Assembly: GCA_036336835.1 (NCBI GenBank)
Contig: JAYZFK010000062.1
Span: 64,001 to 128,000, forward strand
Source: Myxococcota bacterium
Lineage (GTDB): Bacteria > Myxococcota_A > UBA9160 > UBA4427
Length of the DNA stretch: 64,000 nucleotides
Direction of reading: 5' to 3'
Position numbers and translations under genes: made by a program. The notes below the pieces were generated by a model that was not told where the DNA came from, did not search any database, and saw only the letters and a program-made list of their open reading frames with translations. Of the stretch, positions 1 to 10,176 are shown piece after piece; position 1 is the stretch's first letter; every line of letters begins with the position of its first letter.

Positions 1-2357
1 ATCGCGTCCAGGCGACGGATCGTCGTGCGCAGCTCGGAAGCGAGCCGGTCCCGTCGGGCTCCGAGCTCCGCTCGGTCTCCAGCGAGCAGCCCGCGATTCG
101 AAGCGAGCCTCAACCCGTTCCGGAGCAGGTGCATCGAGACCGATTCGACGCTGCGAAGCCGGCGCTGGAGCGCGTACTGTCTGCCCCAGGCGATGCACTC
201 GGCCAGCAGCTTCTCGTCATCGGGCGCTGTTTCGCCATTCAGGGTGACGAGACGATTCGCCACGATCGCATACGCTTCGACGAACGCACGCAGGGTTCGA
301 TGAGCGTGCAACGGACGGATCGCCTCGATCAGCTTGCGCGCCGCGCTCGGATCGTCGAGATGCTGTTCCCAACCGGGAACCTGTAGCGAGAGTTCCTCGG
401 CGATCTCAGCGGTGAACTGCTCTTTGTCCGAGAAGAAGAAGTCGAACTTCAGCAGGTCGCGAAGCCGCAGCGTCTCGTCCCAGAAGACACGACTGCCCTC
501 CCCGGGCTCGACGGAAGCCGCAGCGAGCAGAGCGATCTCACCGATGGAACCGTTCAGCAGGTGGTGGATCACCGTGTTGCGATAGTAGGCCGCGGACAGG
601 TGCGCATCCTGGCCCACCGAATAGATGACTTCGGGTCCCTCGTCGAATCGGGTGAGGACACCGCTCGCGACCAGAAGATCGAGCGTGCGACACACATCTT
701 CGGGTGTGTCGAAGTCGAGCTTCTCGGTCGTCGGCAGGTCCCGCCGACTGACGTAGTCGACGAGGTCGGTCAGATCAGCGTGAATTTCGTCGGCGCTCAT
801 CGCGCGATCACCGCCGCCTAGCAGTGCGAGCAGCGCCAGCGAGATCGGCGTGATCGGAGTGACCCGATTGATCCGCGCGCACACCTCGAATGCCAGCTTC
901 TGGACAGCGAGCTCTCCTTCCACGCCCGTTTGCAGCGACTCCGCATCGCCCAGCGTCTTGAACAACGACACCGGATCTCCAAAGCGAAGATCGATGCTCC
1001 CGTACTGCCTGCCCAGGCGGCGCAGGAAGCCGATCAGCCAGCCAAAACTCTCTGCCCGCTTCGAGCCGCCGCGCTCCTCGATGGCGTAATCGCCAACCTC
1101 AGAGATCTGGTCGTAGGCAACCGAGACTGGCACGAGCACGACGTCTTCGCTCTTGCCGCGTCGATACGAATCGACAACAGACGACAGCAGGCCGTAGCGC
1201 GGCGGCAGCAGCTTGCCCGAGCGCGACCGGCCACCCTCGATGTACCACTCGAGCGAGAAACGTTTCTCGATCAGAAAATCGACATAGCTGTGCAGCACGA
1301 ACTTGTAGAGGTCGTCATCCTTGAAACTTCGTCGGAGGAAGAAGATGCCGGCGCGTCGCGCGATCGGCCCGACTGGAAAGAAGTTCATGTTCTCGCCGCC
1401 CGCGGTGTGATTCGGCGGAAACCCAGCCTCGTGTAGAACGCGGCGCAGCACCGGATGATCGAGGTTGGACTTGTGCGTGGGCAGGAAGACGAGAGGGTAT
1501 TGTGCCGCGAGGTCGCGGAGCTGGTCGAGCTGACCCGGGGCCACGCGAAGCTCGTCGTAGCCGCGGGTAGACGACGAACGACAGAACGCAGCGAAGACGT
1601 CGATCATCAGCGGGTTGTGCGTCGCCGCGATCTCGTGCAGGGCGCGTCTCGCGTCCCGCTGGACCGAGCGCGGCGACCGCCCCTGCTCGTGCGAGAGTCG
1701 ATGGAGACCTCCCTGGAACGCCGGACGGGCGAGCAGATCCTCGCTCAAGAATCGCGGAACCTTGTAGCGCGCTCCGCGCAGCCGGCGCTCGCCGCGATCG
1801 AGTGCCAGGGCGGCTTGCCGGGCCACGAATCGGTCGAGGCCCACTGTCTCGGCCACGTCCTGCCCGACCGCGCGCTGCCATCGCTGGCGGAGATCGGAAA
1901 CCGAAGCCGAGTCGGCAACCACGATGCGACAGCGACGCGGATCGCGCCGGGCCACCCAGCCGGCTCGCAACCTGCCTGGATCGCGTGGATCTCCGAGCAC
2001 CAGTGCGTGAGGGATCCGAATCGCGTCTCTCCCATCGCGAACCGGCGGAAGCCACGCCACGCGCAGCGGCACGAGCAGCGCGTCCTCGGCGACGGCGAGC
2101 TCGGCCTCGAGCTCGCCGAGCTTGGAACGCCGGGGCCGCCGCGAGGACGGGAGCCGGATCGTCTCGAAGTCCGCGTGACTCGGGGGACGCTGGCGCTCGA
2201 TCCAGCGTCTGAGGATCCGATCCTCGAGCCTTGACGCCGCGTCGAGCAGGAAGATGATCCTTCTGCCCTCGGCACTGGGCCAGGGGGGGTCTTCGGAGGA
2301 CACCGGTGCCGGGACGGACTCTGCCATGGGCCTCTCGGGCTGATCGCTCCAGCTCAT
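1..2357 (-). CDS. plsB: Glycerol-3-phosphate acyltransferase, PlsB-like (3' end runs off the window)
   Basis: Not in the ORF track because it is open-ended. Hand translation gives the HxxxxD motif (FLPTHKSNLDH), FFLRRSF, and YIEGGRSRSGKLLPPRYGLL. Start ATG 2357, or in-frame ATG 2327. Confidence 0.9.
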   Translation of the reverse strand, partial: MSWSDQPERPMAESVPAPVSSEDPPWPSAEGRRIIFLLDAASRLEDRILRRWIERQRPPSHADFETIRLPSSRRPRRSKLGELEAELAVAEDALLVPLRVAWLPPVRDGRDAIRIPHALVLGDPRDPGRLRAGWVARRDPRRCRIVVADSASVSDLRQRWQRAVGQDVAETVGLDRFVARQAALALDRGERRLRGARYKVPRFLSEDLLARPAFQGGLHRLSHEQGRSPRSVQRDARRALHEIAATHNPLMIDVFAAFCRSSSTRGYDELRVAPGQLDQLRDLAAQYPLVFLPTHKSNLDHPVLRRVLHEAGFPPNHTAGGENMNFFPVGPIARRAGIFFLRRSFKDDDLYKFVLHSYVDFLIEKRFSLEWYIEGGRSRSGKLLPPRYGLLSSVVDSYRRGKSEDVVLVPVSVAYDQISEVGDYAIEERGGSKRAESFGWLIGFLRRLGRQYGSIDLRFGDPVSLFKTLGDAESLQTGVEGELAVQKLAFEVCARINRVTPITPISLALLALLGGGDRAMSADEIHADLTDLVDYVSRRDLPTTEKLDFDTPEDVCRTLDLLVASGVLTRFDEGPEVIYSVGQDAHLSAAYYRNTVIHHLLNGSIGEIALLAAASVEPGEGSRVFWDETLRLRDLLKFDFFFSDKEQFTAEIAEELSLQVPGWEQHLDDPSAARKLIEAIRPLHAHRTLRAFVEAYAIVANRLVTLNGETAPDDEKLLAECIAWGRQYALQRRLRSVESVSMHLLRNGLRLASNRGLLAGDRAELGARRDRLASELRTTIRRLDA

Positions 2358-2440
2358 GGATACGCTCTTCTGAAGCGTGTGTAAAACGAACGAGCTACCT
2401 CCGCGATTGGCGCGGCCCGCCGGTGCTACCTTCGCTGTCC

Positions 2441-3358
2441 ATGCCCGTCCTCGTGACCGGCGCGAACGGGAACCTCGGGCGCGCACTCTTCCGACAGCTC
2501 GCCGGCCCCGGTCGCTTCCGCGCCGGGGTCCGCTCGTCGCGCGCCGCAGCTCAGATCGACGCGCTCGAGCTTCGCGACCTCCGTCCGGAGATCGCGCGCG
2601 TCGACTACGCGGATGCCCAGTCGATGTTCGAGGCCGCAGCCGGCTGTGACAGCGTCGTGCACCTGGTTGGCATCATCAAGGAAGTTGCCAACACCAGCTA
2701 CGCCGACGCCCACGAGCGCAGCTGCTCGGCGCTAGCGCAGGCGGCCGACCGGGCCGGTGTGAAGCGGATCGTCTACTTGTCCATCGTGGGTTCGGCGCCC
2801 GAATCCGCAAACGCCTGCCTCGCTTCGAGGAACCGCGCCGAGCAGATCCTGCAGAGTGGCACAGTGCCGACCACGGTGTTGCGTGTTCCGATGGTGCTCG
2901 GCCGCGGCGATTTCGCGACGGCGGCGCTGCGCGCGCAAGCGAGCTCGAGCCGGGCGCTGCTGATCGGCGGCGGAAAGACGCTGCAACAGCCAATCGATGC
3001 GCGCGACGTGGTGCGCGCGATCGAGGCTGCGCTACGCGATCCGAGCGCTGATCGCGTAGCGCTCGATCTGGCGGGTCCCGAATGCCTGTCGCACCGCGAG
3101 CTGGTGGCTCGTGCGGCAGCGGCGCTCGGCCACGCAGCCCCGAGCGTCGCGCCCATCCCGCTATTCGCCGCCAGAACCTTTGCTGCACTCGCTACCCGGC
3201 TGCTCGCAAACCCGCCCCTCACGCCGGCCATGCTGGGTGTGCTACAGCGCAATGATCGGGTGGACGCCGCCGAGACAGCCCAGCTTCTGGGCATCGCACT
3301 CACGCCCCTCGATGAGACGCTTGCTCACTGCCTGCGCGATGACGTGGAGAGCGCATGA
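2441..3358 (+). CDS. NAD(P)-binding epimerase/dehydratase-like atypical SDR
   Basis: N-terminal VLVTGANGNLG Rossmann motif and VVHLVGI; start trimmed to ATG 2441. Confidence 0.8.
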   Translation: MPVLVTGANGNLGRALFRQLAGPGRFRAGVRSSRAAAQIDALELRDLRPEIARVDYADAQSMFEAAAGCDSVVHLVGIIKEVANTSYADAHERSCSALAQAADRAGVKRIVYLSIVGSAPESANACLASRNRAEQILQSGTVPTTVLRVPMVLGRGDFATAALRAQASSSRALLIGGGKTLQQPIDARDVVRAIEAALRDPSADRVALDLAGPECLSHRELVARAAAALGHAAPSVAPIPLFAARTFAALATRLLANPPLTPAMLGVLQRNDRVDAAETAQLLGIALTPLDETLAHCLRDDVESA

Positions 3359-4347
3359 GTACACCCGAAGTCGAGAGTCCCGCACCCGCCTCCCCGCCGA
3401 GGGCAAAGCTGTGGCAAAAATTGCTTCCCTGGGGCATCACGCTCGCCTGCTTTGCATACCTGTACGGGCGCATGAGCGGCGGGGCGGCGGCACAGGGCCT
3501 GACGGTGCCCAGCTACCTGGGACGCACCTTCGCCGACGTCAGCTGGGGCCGGTGGCTGCTGTTGATGGCTCCCTATTCGTTCTTCTTCTTCCTGGTCGAT
3601 TCGGCGGTCGTATGGCGCGTGATCAACTGGTTCAATACCAGGGTCGCCTACACCGACATCCTACCGGTGCGTGGTAGCGCCTACATCCTATCGATCCTGA
3701 ACGAGCAGGTCGGCAAGGGCGCGATGGGACTCTACCTGTATCGCCGGCACGGCGTTCCGGGCTGGGAGCTCGGATCGAGCATGCTCTTCATCATGCTATG
3801 CGAGCTGCTCTACCTGTCGGGTTGGGCCACGATCGGCTGGAGCATCGCCGGCGATACGTTGCCGGAGGTGTTCTCTGCGATCCCATACTTCTTCGCTGGG
3901 ATCTTGGTGCTGTTTGGCGTCCTGCACGCCGTGATATCGCGCCCGGGGACACCGGACGAGCAGAGCTTCCGCAGCCGACCCGTGTTCCGAGCGTTCCGTG
4001 AGGCGCACTGGTGGTACTACCCGACGATCGCGCTGATCCGCTCGCCCGCGATCCTGGCGGCAGTGGTGATCTATACGTTCGCGCTTCGTCTCTTTGGCGT
4101 CGAGGTGGGCTTTGCGACGATGCTGGGCTACCTGCCGGTCATCTTCTTCGGTGCAGCCACGCCGGGGCCGATGCGCTCGGTCGCGATCACGCTGTGGGTC
4201 GTGCTGTTTCCCGAGCAGGACGCGGGCAAGATGGGCGCCTTCGGGCTCGTCCAGCACAATTTCTTCATCTTCTTCAACGCCGCGATCGGACTCGTCTTCC
4301 TCAGGCGTGCGAATCGCGAGCTGTTCGGGCAGACGGCGCCGGAGTGA
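3355..4347 (+). CDS. Integral membrane protein, lysylphosphatidylglycerol-synthase TM/flippase-like
   Basis: 330-aa ORF with many hydrophobic helices; ATGA overlap with the upstream gene. Confidence 0.6.
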   Translation: MSTPEVESPAPASPPRAKLWQKLLPWGITLACFAYLYGRMSGGAAAQGLTVPSYLGRTFADVSWGRWLLLMAPYSFFFFLVDSAVVWRVINWFNTRVAYTDILPVRGSAYILSILNEQVGKGAMGLYLYRRHGVPGWELGSSMLFIMLCELLYLSGWATIGWSIAGDTLPEVFSAIPYFFAGILVLFGVLHAVISRPGTPDEQSFRSRPVFRAFREAHWWYYPTIALIRSPAILAAVVIYTFALRLFGVEVGFATMLGYLPVIFFGAATPGPMRSVAITLWVVLFPEQDAGKMGAFGLVQHNFFIFFNAAIGLVFLRRANRELFGQTAPE

Positions 4348-5791
4348 GCTGCTCGTACTCGTGGAGCAAGGGGCGCCGCATCTCCCACAGGTAGCGCAGC
4401 GTCGAGCTCGGCCAGAGCGCAAACACCTTGCCGTTCTCGTCCATGTACCAGCTCTTGCAACCGGACTTCCAGATCGTTCGATCGAGATCCTGCTGGATGT
4501 CGCGGTTGAAACGATCCGACTCCTCGCGGCGCGGATCGAGATGCACCAGCGCGCGCTCACTGGCGGCGCGGATGCACTTCAGGATGTAGCCCACCTGCGC
4601 CTCGATCATGATGATCACGGAGTTGTGACCGAGCCCACTGTTGGGCCCGAGCAGCATGAAGAAATTCGGGAAGCCCGGCACGGCAACAGTGCGATGCGCT
4701 TCGATGCCGCCCGCCCACTGCTCGGCGAGCTGCACCCCGGAGCGGCCGGTCACCCGCAGCGGTGCCAGAAAGTTGAACGCCTCGAAGCCCGTCGCGTAGA
4801 TCAGCGTGTCGGCCTCGTGGAGCCTGCCGTCCGCGGTGCGAACGCCGCTGGGCTCGAGCCGCTTGATCTCGGTCGTAACGAGATCGACATCGTTGCGTAG
4901 CAGCGTTTCGAAATAGTCGTCGGAGATCAGCATGCGTTTGCAGCCGGGCTTGTAGTCGGGCGTGAGCCTGGCGCGGAGCTCCGGGTCCGGCACGCGCATC
5001 GCGATCGAACGGCGGCACAAACGTTCCAGCGGGGCCGCGAGACGACTCCCCGCAACGAAGACGGGAAAGCGCGCCTCCAGTAACAGGTAGAGGAAGAGGC
5101 GGTAGAGCCGCTGCAGACCCGGCACGATACGGAATGCCCGCTTCAGCCAGGCTGGATAGGCGCGATCACCGCGCGGCAGGATCCAGTTCGGTGTCCGCTG
5201 GAAGATCGTCAGATGCTCGGTCTGCTCGGCGATCTCGGGCACGATCTGGATCGCACTGGCGGCGCTGCCGATGATCGCGACGCGACAGCCAGCGAGATCG
5301 CGATCCGGTCGCCACTGGGCCGAGTGGAAGGACGTTCCTTCGAAGTCGTCGGCACCGGGAATGCTCGCAACCTTTGGCTTGTGGAGGCCACCGAGGGCGC
5401 TCACCACGAAGTCGGCGTGGAACTCCTCGCCGCCTTCGAGACGGACACACCAATCCTCGTCCGTGTACTCGATATGCTCGATCTCAGCGCCGAAACGGAG
5501 GTGGGGGGCGAGCCCGTACTTATCGGCGCAGTGCTCGCAGTATTCCTGGATCTCCCAGCCGGGCGAAAAGATGCGGCTCCAGTCCGGGTTGAGCTCGAAC
5601 GAGTACGAATACAGATGCGAGGGCACGTCACACGCAACGCCCGGGTAGGTGTTGTCGCGCCAGGTGCCGCCGACGCGATCGCTCTTCTCGAGGATCGTGA
5701 ACGAATCAATGCCCGACTGCTTGAGTCGGATGCCCATGCACAGGCCCGAGATGCCAGCGCCGAGGATCAGGACTCGGGGAGAGGTCGTCAT
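4301..5791 (-). CDS. Flavin-containing (Baeyer-Villiger-type) monooxygenase
   Basis: GAGISG FAD motif, GGTWRDNTYPG, FxGxxxHxxxW fingerprint (FEGTSFHSAQW), second Rossmann motif IGSAASA, ATGF. Confidence 0.9.
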   Translation of the reverse strand: MTTSPRVLILGAGISGLCMGIRLKQSGIDSFTILEKSDRVGGTWRDNTYPGVACDVPSHLYSYSFELNPDWSRIFSPGWEIQEYCEHCADKYGLAPHLRFGAEIEHIEYTDEDWCVRLEGGEEFHADFVVSALGGLHKPKVASIPGADDFEGTSFHSAQWRPDRDLAGCRVAIIGSAASAIQIVPEIAEQTEHLTIFQRTPNWILPRGDRAYPAWLKRAFRIVPGLQRLYRLFLYLLLEARFPVFVAGSRLAAPLERLCRRSIAMRVPDPELRARLTPDYKPGCKRMLISDDYFETLLRNDVDLVTTEIKRLEPSGVRTADGRLHEADTLIYATGFEAFNFLAPLRVTGRSGVQLAEQWAGGIEAHRTVAVPGFPNFFMLLGPNSGLGHNSVIIMIEAQVGYILKCIRAASERALVHLDPRREESDRFNRDIQQDLDRTIWKSGCKSWYMDENGKVFALWPSSTLRYLWEMRRPLLHEYEQLTPAPSARTARDSHA

Positions 5792-5831
5792 CGACGCAGC
5801 ACGTTGGCAGCCCGAGAGTGTCCTTGCACGC

Positions 5832-7268
5832 TCAGGCGGACCAGATGCGTTCGCCCGGCAGCCACTGCGCGTGGAAGCCGCTCGGGACGCGGACCGGTAG
5901 CCCGACGCGAGCGATCGGGCCAAACTCGATCGCTCGCGCGTCGAACACCCAGGCCTCTGAGCGGTGCGTGCCCGCGTGCGTCGCCAAGTTGATGACGTAG
6001 CCGTCGTCCTCGGCCTCACCGTCGGGTCGCGGGGCAAAGGTCGACTCGCCCGCGCACCAGCCGGGCTCGTAGTCGTAGCGAACACAGCCGCCGTCCTCGT
6101 GGTCGTACTTCACGAGCGCTCGGAAATCGACGGTGTACATGTCCTCAGGCAGGTGCTGGTGGTAGGAATAGCGGGTCTTCACGCCATAGAGGCGGGTATC
6201 GGGGAGGCAGAACTCGACGTTCAGGTCGTCGAGCTGCTCTTCTCGCGTCTCGCCGGTGACGAGGTTCATCCGCCATCGGTGCAGATGAGCGCGAATGCGC
6301 AGGTAGCCGAGCATCGAGGCTAGGTCGCCTTCTTTGGGGTTGCGCACGATCGTCGGGTCGGGTTGGAAGCAGCCGTCCATCACGATCCAGTCGCCTTCCT
6401 CCCATGCATTCACCATGTGCAGCACGTAGCCGGGCTCGAATTCGAACCAGTAGATCTCGTCGCTCGTGCCGCGACGCGGTACCACACCGAATCGGCTAGG
6501 CAGCTCGCGGTGGAAGCGACTGACCCGATGGCCATGCTCGCGCAGGACGTCCACATCGTGGAACAGCGGAAAGTCGTGCAGGATCGAGTGGTGTTCGGTC
6601 AGCGTGATATCGTGCGACGCACGCGGGCCTGGCAGGTCGACCGGGATCTGATGGACCAGATCGCCTCGCTCGTCGAGCACACCGTAGGTCATGAACGGCG
6701 GCTCAAACTCGGCCAGGCTGAACCACACGAGCTCACCGGTGCGTTCGTCTCGCTTGGGGTGCGCGGAAATCGTGGCGTTGCGCCGACCACCGAAGTCATC
6801 GACGCCGAGTGTCTCGAGAGTGGCGGGATCGAGCCGGTAGGGCTCGCCGCACAGGTACCAGAGCGCCAGCACCTGGCCGGCGTGCCACACGAGATCGGTG
6901 TTCGCTGTGTCCTTCAGGTAGTAGCGCGGAGCGGCGAAATCAAAGGGGCCCATCACCCCGGGCCAGATCGACTCACCCCTTGCAGCCTCGTCGGCAAGCC
7001 CGGCAGTGCGAACCCAGCGGCTGCGGTAGCTCGCCCGGCCGTTGCGGAAGTAGACGCCGTGCACCATGCCGTCGCCGTCGAACCAGTGGTACTGGTTGCG
7101 CGGCGCATGCACGGAGTTGGGACCGTTGCGCAGGTGCGCTCCGACCAGGTCGGCCGGAAGCTCACCCTCGACCAGGAGATCGCTTGCGGTCGTCTCCTCG
7201 CTGACCGGAGCGTGGATGCCGTGCAGGTAGGGGTTCTCGATGCTCTCTGTCCAGCCGGGACGATCCAT
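5832..7268 (-). CDS. Carotenoid/lignostilbene cleavage dioxygenase family protein
   Basis: RNGPN, HWFDGDGMVH, and four Fe-binding His contexts (SAHPK, SHDI, VLHMVNAWE, GFHA). Confidence 0.9.
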   Translation of the reverse strand: MDRPGWTESIENPYLHGIHAPVSEETTASDLLVEGELPADLVGAHLRNGPNSVHAPRNQYHWFDGDGMVHGVYFRNGRASYRSRWVRTAGLADEAARGESIWPGVMGPFDFAAPRYYLKDTANTDLVWHAGQVLALWYLCGEPYRLDPATLETLGVDDFGGRRNATISAHPKRDERTGELVWFSLAEFEPPFMTYGVLDERGDLVHQIPVDLPGPRASHDITLTEHHSILHDFPLFHDVDVLREHGHRVSRFHRELPSRFGVVPRRGTSDEIYWFEFEPGYVLHMVNAWEEGDWIVMDGCFQPDPTIVRNPKEGDLASMLGYLRIRAHLHRWRMNLVTGETREEQLDDLNVEFCLPDTRLYGVKTRYSYHQHLPEDMYTVDFRALVKYDHEDGGCVRYDYEPGWCAGESTFAPRPDGEAEDDGYVINLATHAGTHRSEAWVFDARAIEFGPIARVGLPVRVPSGFHAQWLPGERIWSA

Positions 7269-7331
7269 CCCGCGAGCATAGCGTCGCGTGGACACCCTGC
7301 TCCCGCACACCGCCGAGCAGACTCGAACGCG

Positions 7332-7931
7332 TCACTGCCGACTCGACCCATCGTCCCTGGCTGACCGGGCGGCTCGCGAGGTACGCAGACGATCCGCCAT
7401 CGACACGAGAGTGCTGACGACCAGCACCCAGCCAAGAGCGAACGGAAGACCCTGGGATGGCCAGCCGATCGACAGACCGTCGCGCACCACCGGGATCCCC
7501 AGCACGACGAAGTATCCGATCCCGTTCCAGCGGCCGAGCGCGCTCGCGCGCAGCGCCCAGCCCTCACGCGGTCGCTCCGCGCGCCGCGGCGTGCGCGAGT
7601 CGAGCACGTACTGGGCGAAGGCGATCGCGATCAGCGGAGGCAGGAGCCACGGCAGCTCGCCGCGCAGTGCCAGAGCAAGGCAGCCAAGCGCGACGAAGGA
7701 GGCATCGCTCACGTGGTCGAGCAGTCCGCCTAGCGCAGACGTCTCGCCGTAACGGCGAGCCACTCGGCCGTCCACCAGATCGGTCGCCACCGCGAGCGCG
7801 AACAGTCCGAGCGCGATGCCGTGGATCTCGCAAGCGATCGAGAGTGCACACGCGGGTGCAGCCGCGAAGCGCAACGCCGTCAGCGCGTTGGCACGAGTTC
7901 GCCAGACTCCGGATCTCGGGACTTCGGGCAT
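7332..7931 (-). CDS. CDP-alcohol phosphatidyltransferase
   Basis: ANALTALR and the signature DLVDGRVARRYGETSALGGLLDHVSD. Confidence 0.85.
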   Translation of the reverse strand: MPEVPRSGVWRTRANALTALRFAAAPACALSIACEIHGIALGLFALAVATDLVDGRVARRYGETSALGGLLDHVSDASFVALGCLALALRGELPWLLPPLIAIAFAQYVLDSRTPRRAERPREGWALRASALGRWNGIGYFVVLGIPVVRDGLSIGWPSQGLPFALGWVLVVSTLVSMADRLRTSRAARSARDDGSSRQ

Positions 7932-8010
7932 TCCACCAATGTAGTTGGACTCGCGCGGGCTGCTACGGTTGGCTCCGCTCGCGCCGCCGCGAGCCCGGGG
8001 AGTGATGTGA

Positions 8011-8439
8011 GTGCAATGCTCTGGCAGGAGCGCGTGGAGCTGGCTACCGGGCTTGCTGCTGGCGGCGCTAGCGGCTGGCTGTGGTGGCGGGGATGCGGAC
8101 CCGACGACGCGGCCGCAAGACGGCTCGGGAGCAGCCGGGACCCCAGCGCAAGCTGACGCACCCGCCGGCGCCCCGTTGAGCGAGCTTGCCAGGCGCGGCG
8201 AGCGCATCTACAGGGTGAACTGCATCGCGTGTCATCACCGCGATCCGACCCAGGACGGGGGGCTCGGGCCCGCCATCGCGGGCGCCTCCTACGAGCTGCT
8301 CGAGGCGCGCGTGCTCCGGGCGGCGTATCCGCCGGGCTACACGCCCAAGCGCGACACGCGGATGATGGTGCCGCAGACCCACCTCGAGCCCGAGATCGCC
8401 GCGCTGACTGCCTACCTGGCCCAGTTCGCCGACAAATGA
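8011..8439 (+). CDS. Monoheme c-type cytochrome, probable lipoprotein
   Basis: Signal peptide with LAAGC lipobox, CIACH heme motif, distal Met (RMMVP). Confidence 0.8.
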   Translation: MQCSGRSAWSWLPGLLLAALAAGCGGGDADPTTRPQDGSGAAGTPAQADAPAGAPLSELARRGERIYRVNCIACHHRDPTQDGGLGPAIAGASYELLEARVLRAAYPPGYTPKRDTRMMVPQTHLEPEIAALTAYLAQFADK

Positions 8440-8475
8440 CCCGGGGCCCCGCGGCAGTCGCCGCGAGGCCCCGGG
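8440..8475. terminator. GC-rich hairpin between convergent genes
   Basis: ccggggcc..gcggc-agtc-gccgc..ggccccgg inverted repeat; no clear U tract. Confidence 0.4.
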
Positions 8476-8496
8476 GAGGAGAACAGCGACGGCAGC

Positions 8497-9186
8497 TCAG
8501 CTGTTGACGAACGCGCCGATCGCCCAGAGCAGCACCGTCAGGCCGAGGCCCATGTGGATCGTGCCCGAAACCGTCGTAAGGGGCTTCTGGCTCGCTGCGC
8601 CGGGGCCGATCAGCGCGTTGATCTCGACCAGCACGATCAAGCCACCGGCCAGCAGCCAGTACAGCCCGTCACTCGTGCCATTGGCCAACGACTGCAAGTG
8701 GCTGGCCGACGCCATGAAGAACAGCATCGGAATCGAGAACAGGGTATTGGTCCGCGAGGCCATGCCGGCCCTGCCGCCGCGCGCGGCTGCCTCGGGGATC
8801 GGCTCCCCGCCGCCGGCCACCTGCTCGGCCGAACGGATCACGACCTGCTGTGCGGGCCAGATCACGAACCAGACGTTGGCCCACATGAAGGTGCCCATCA
8901 GACCCCCGGTCAGGATCCTAGTCATGTAGCCGTCGCCCAGCCCGAAGCCGGTGCCAAGCTTCATCAGCACGATGAGCCAGCCCGACAGGAAGGTGAACAT
9001 CGCGCCCCACCGGAACCACCAGAGCGCATTCGGCACCAGCCCGCGGGTCATCGCACCTTTGGCCTGGCCACCCAGCTCGCTCCCGAAGAAGGGGGTCTGG
9101 ATGAAGTTGAAGTAGTAGAGGACGCCGATCCATGTCACGCCGCTCAGAAAGTGGATCCAGCGAATCAGGAACTCGCCATATTCCAT
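8497..9186 (-). CDS. PuuD/urate-oxidase N-terminal (DUF989)-like membrane protein
   Basis: RWIHFLSGVTWIG, ALWWFRWGAMFT, MWANVWFVIWPAQ, SRTNTLFSIPMLFFM motifs. Confidence 0.7.
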   Translation of the reverse strand: MEYGEFLIRWIHFLSGVTWIGVLYYFNFIQTPFFGSELGGQAKGAMTRGLVPNALWWFRWGAMFTFLSGWLIVLMKLGTGFGLGDGYMTRILTGGLMGTFMWANVWFVIWPAQQVVIRSAEQVAGGGEPIPEAAARGGRAGMASRTNTLFSIPMLFFMASASHLQSLANGTSDGLYWLLAGGLIVLVEINALIGPGAASQKPLTTVSGTIHMGLGLTVLLWAIGAFVNS

Positions 9187-9278
9187 CTGTAGCTCTCCTC
9201 TGAGGGTTGGAAAACGCGCGGATTGTATCCGCGATTCCGCCGAATCGGCGGAAGTTTTCGGACCCAATTACACGCGCA

Positions 9279-10172
9279 TCATTGGCCGAGCTGGCTCAGG
9301 CGGTCGAGGATTCGGTTCCAGCCAAGGCGGTTGAACAACGGCTCGGCCTGGGTGGGGTGGGGGCGCTTCAGGGCAAGATCCCTCAGGTTGGCCCGGATTC
9401 CCGGAACGTCGTAGCGGACAGTGGCCAGCTGCCTGGTCCGAAGCGCGCGGTCGCGGTGTTCCGCGATTCGCCCGGCCGCTCGTTTGGCGCCTCGGATCGG
9501 GAGATCGGCCCAGCGCTCCGGATCGACCGGGATGTCCTCGATCCGGCCGAAAGCCTGCAGCACGGCGGCCGCGGTCTTGGCCCCCACGCCGGGCACGCCG
9601 GGCAGGTTGTCCACCGCGTCACCGACCAGCCCCAGGTAGTCGGGGATCTGAGCCGGATCGACGCCGAACTTTTCCCGCACCGCGTCGGCATCGGTCACAC
9701 CGGGCTTGCCGATGTCGGCCAGCACCAGCCGTCCGTCCTCGCGCACCAGCTGAGCGAGATCCTTGTCGGTCGTGTGTACGACCACTCGGGTATCCCGCTT
9801 CGCCAGCAGCTGCTTCGCGAGGGTCGCGATCACGTCGTCGGCCTCGAAGTCCTTCGCCTCGAACACCGACAGCCCGATTGCCGCAGCCGACTCCTTGCAC
9901 AGACCAAACTGGGCTTCGAGCTCCTCGTCGGGCTCGCCGCGCTGCGCCTTGTACTCGGGCTCGAGGTCGTTGCGGAAGCTCGTCATCGCATGGTCGAAGC
10001 ACACGGCCAGGTGCGTCGGCCGCTGTTCGCGCCAGTGGCGGATCAGCATATTCGTGAAGCCGTACGCAGCCGATGTCGGCGTGCCGTCGGGCGCCCGCAT
10101 CTCGGGCATCGCGAAGTGAGCGCGAAAGATGTACACGTGGCCGTCGACGAGGTGGACTGTGCGCCCCGACAC
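9279..10172 (-). CDS. Stand-alone 5'-3' exonuclease/flap endonuclease (PolI N-terminal-like)
   Basis: LVDG, EADDVIATL, DKDLAQL, GDAVDNLPGVPGVGAKTA. Confidence 0.9.
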   Translation of the reverse strand: MSGRTVHLVDGHVYIFRAHFAMPEMRAPDGTPTSAAYGFTNMLIRHWREQRPTHLAVCFDHAMTSFRNDLEPEYKAQRGEPDEELEAQFGLCKESAAAIGLSVFEAKDFEADDVIATLAKQLLAKRDTRVVVHTTDKDLAQLVREDGRLVLADIGKPGVTDADAVREKFGVDPAQIPDYLGLVGDAVDNLPGVPGVGAKTAAAVLQAFGRIEDIPVDPERWADLPIRGAKRAAGRIAEHRDRALRTRQLATVRYDVPGIRANLRDLALKRPHPTQAEPLFNRLGWNRILDRLSQLGQ

Positions 10173-10176
10173 GCGA

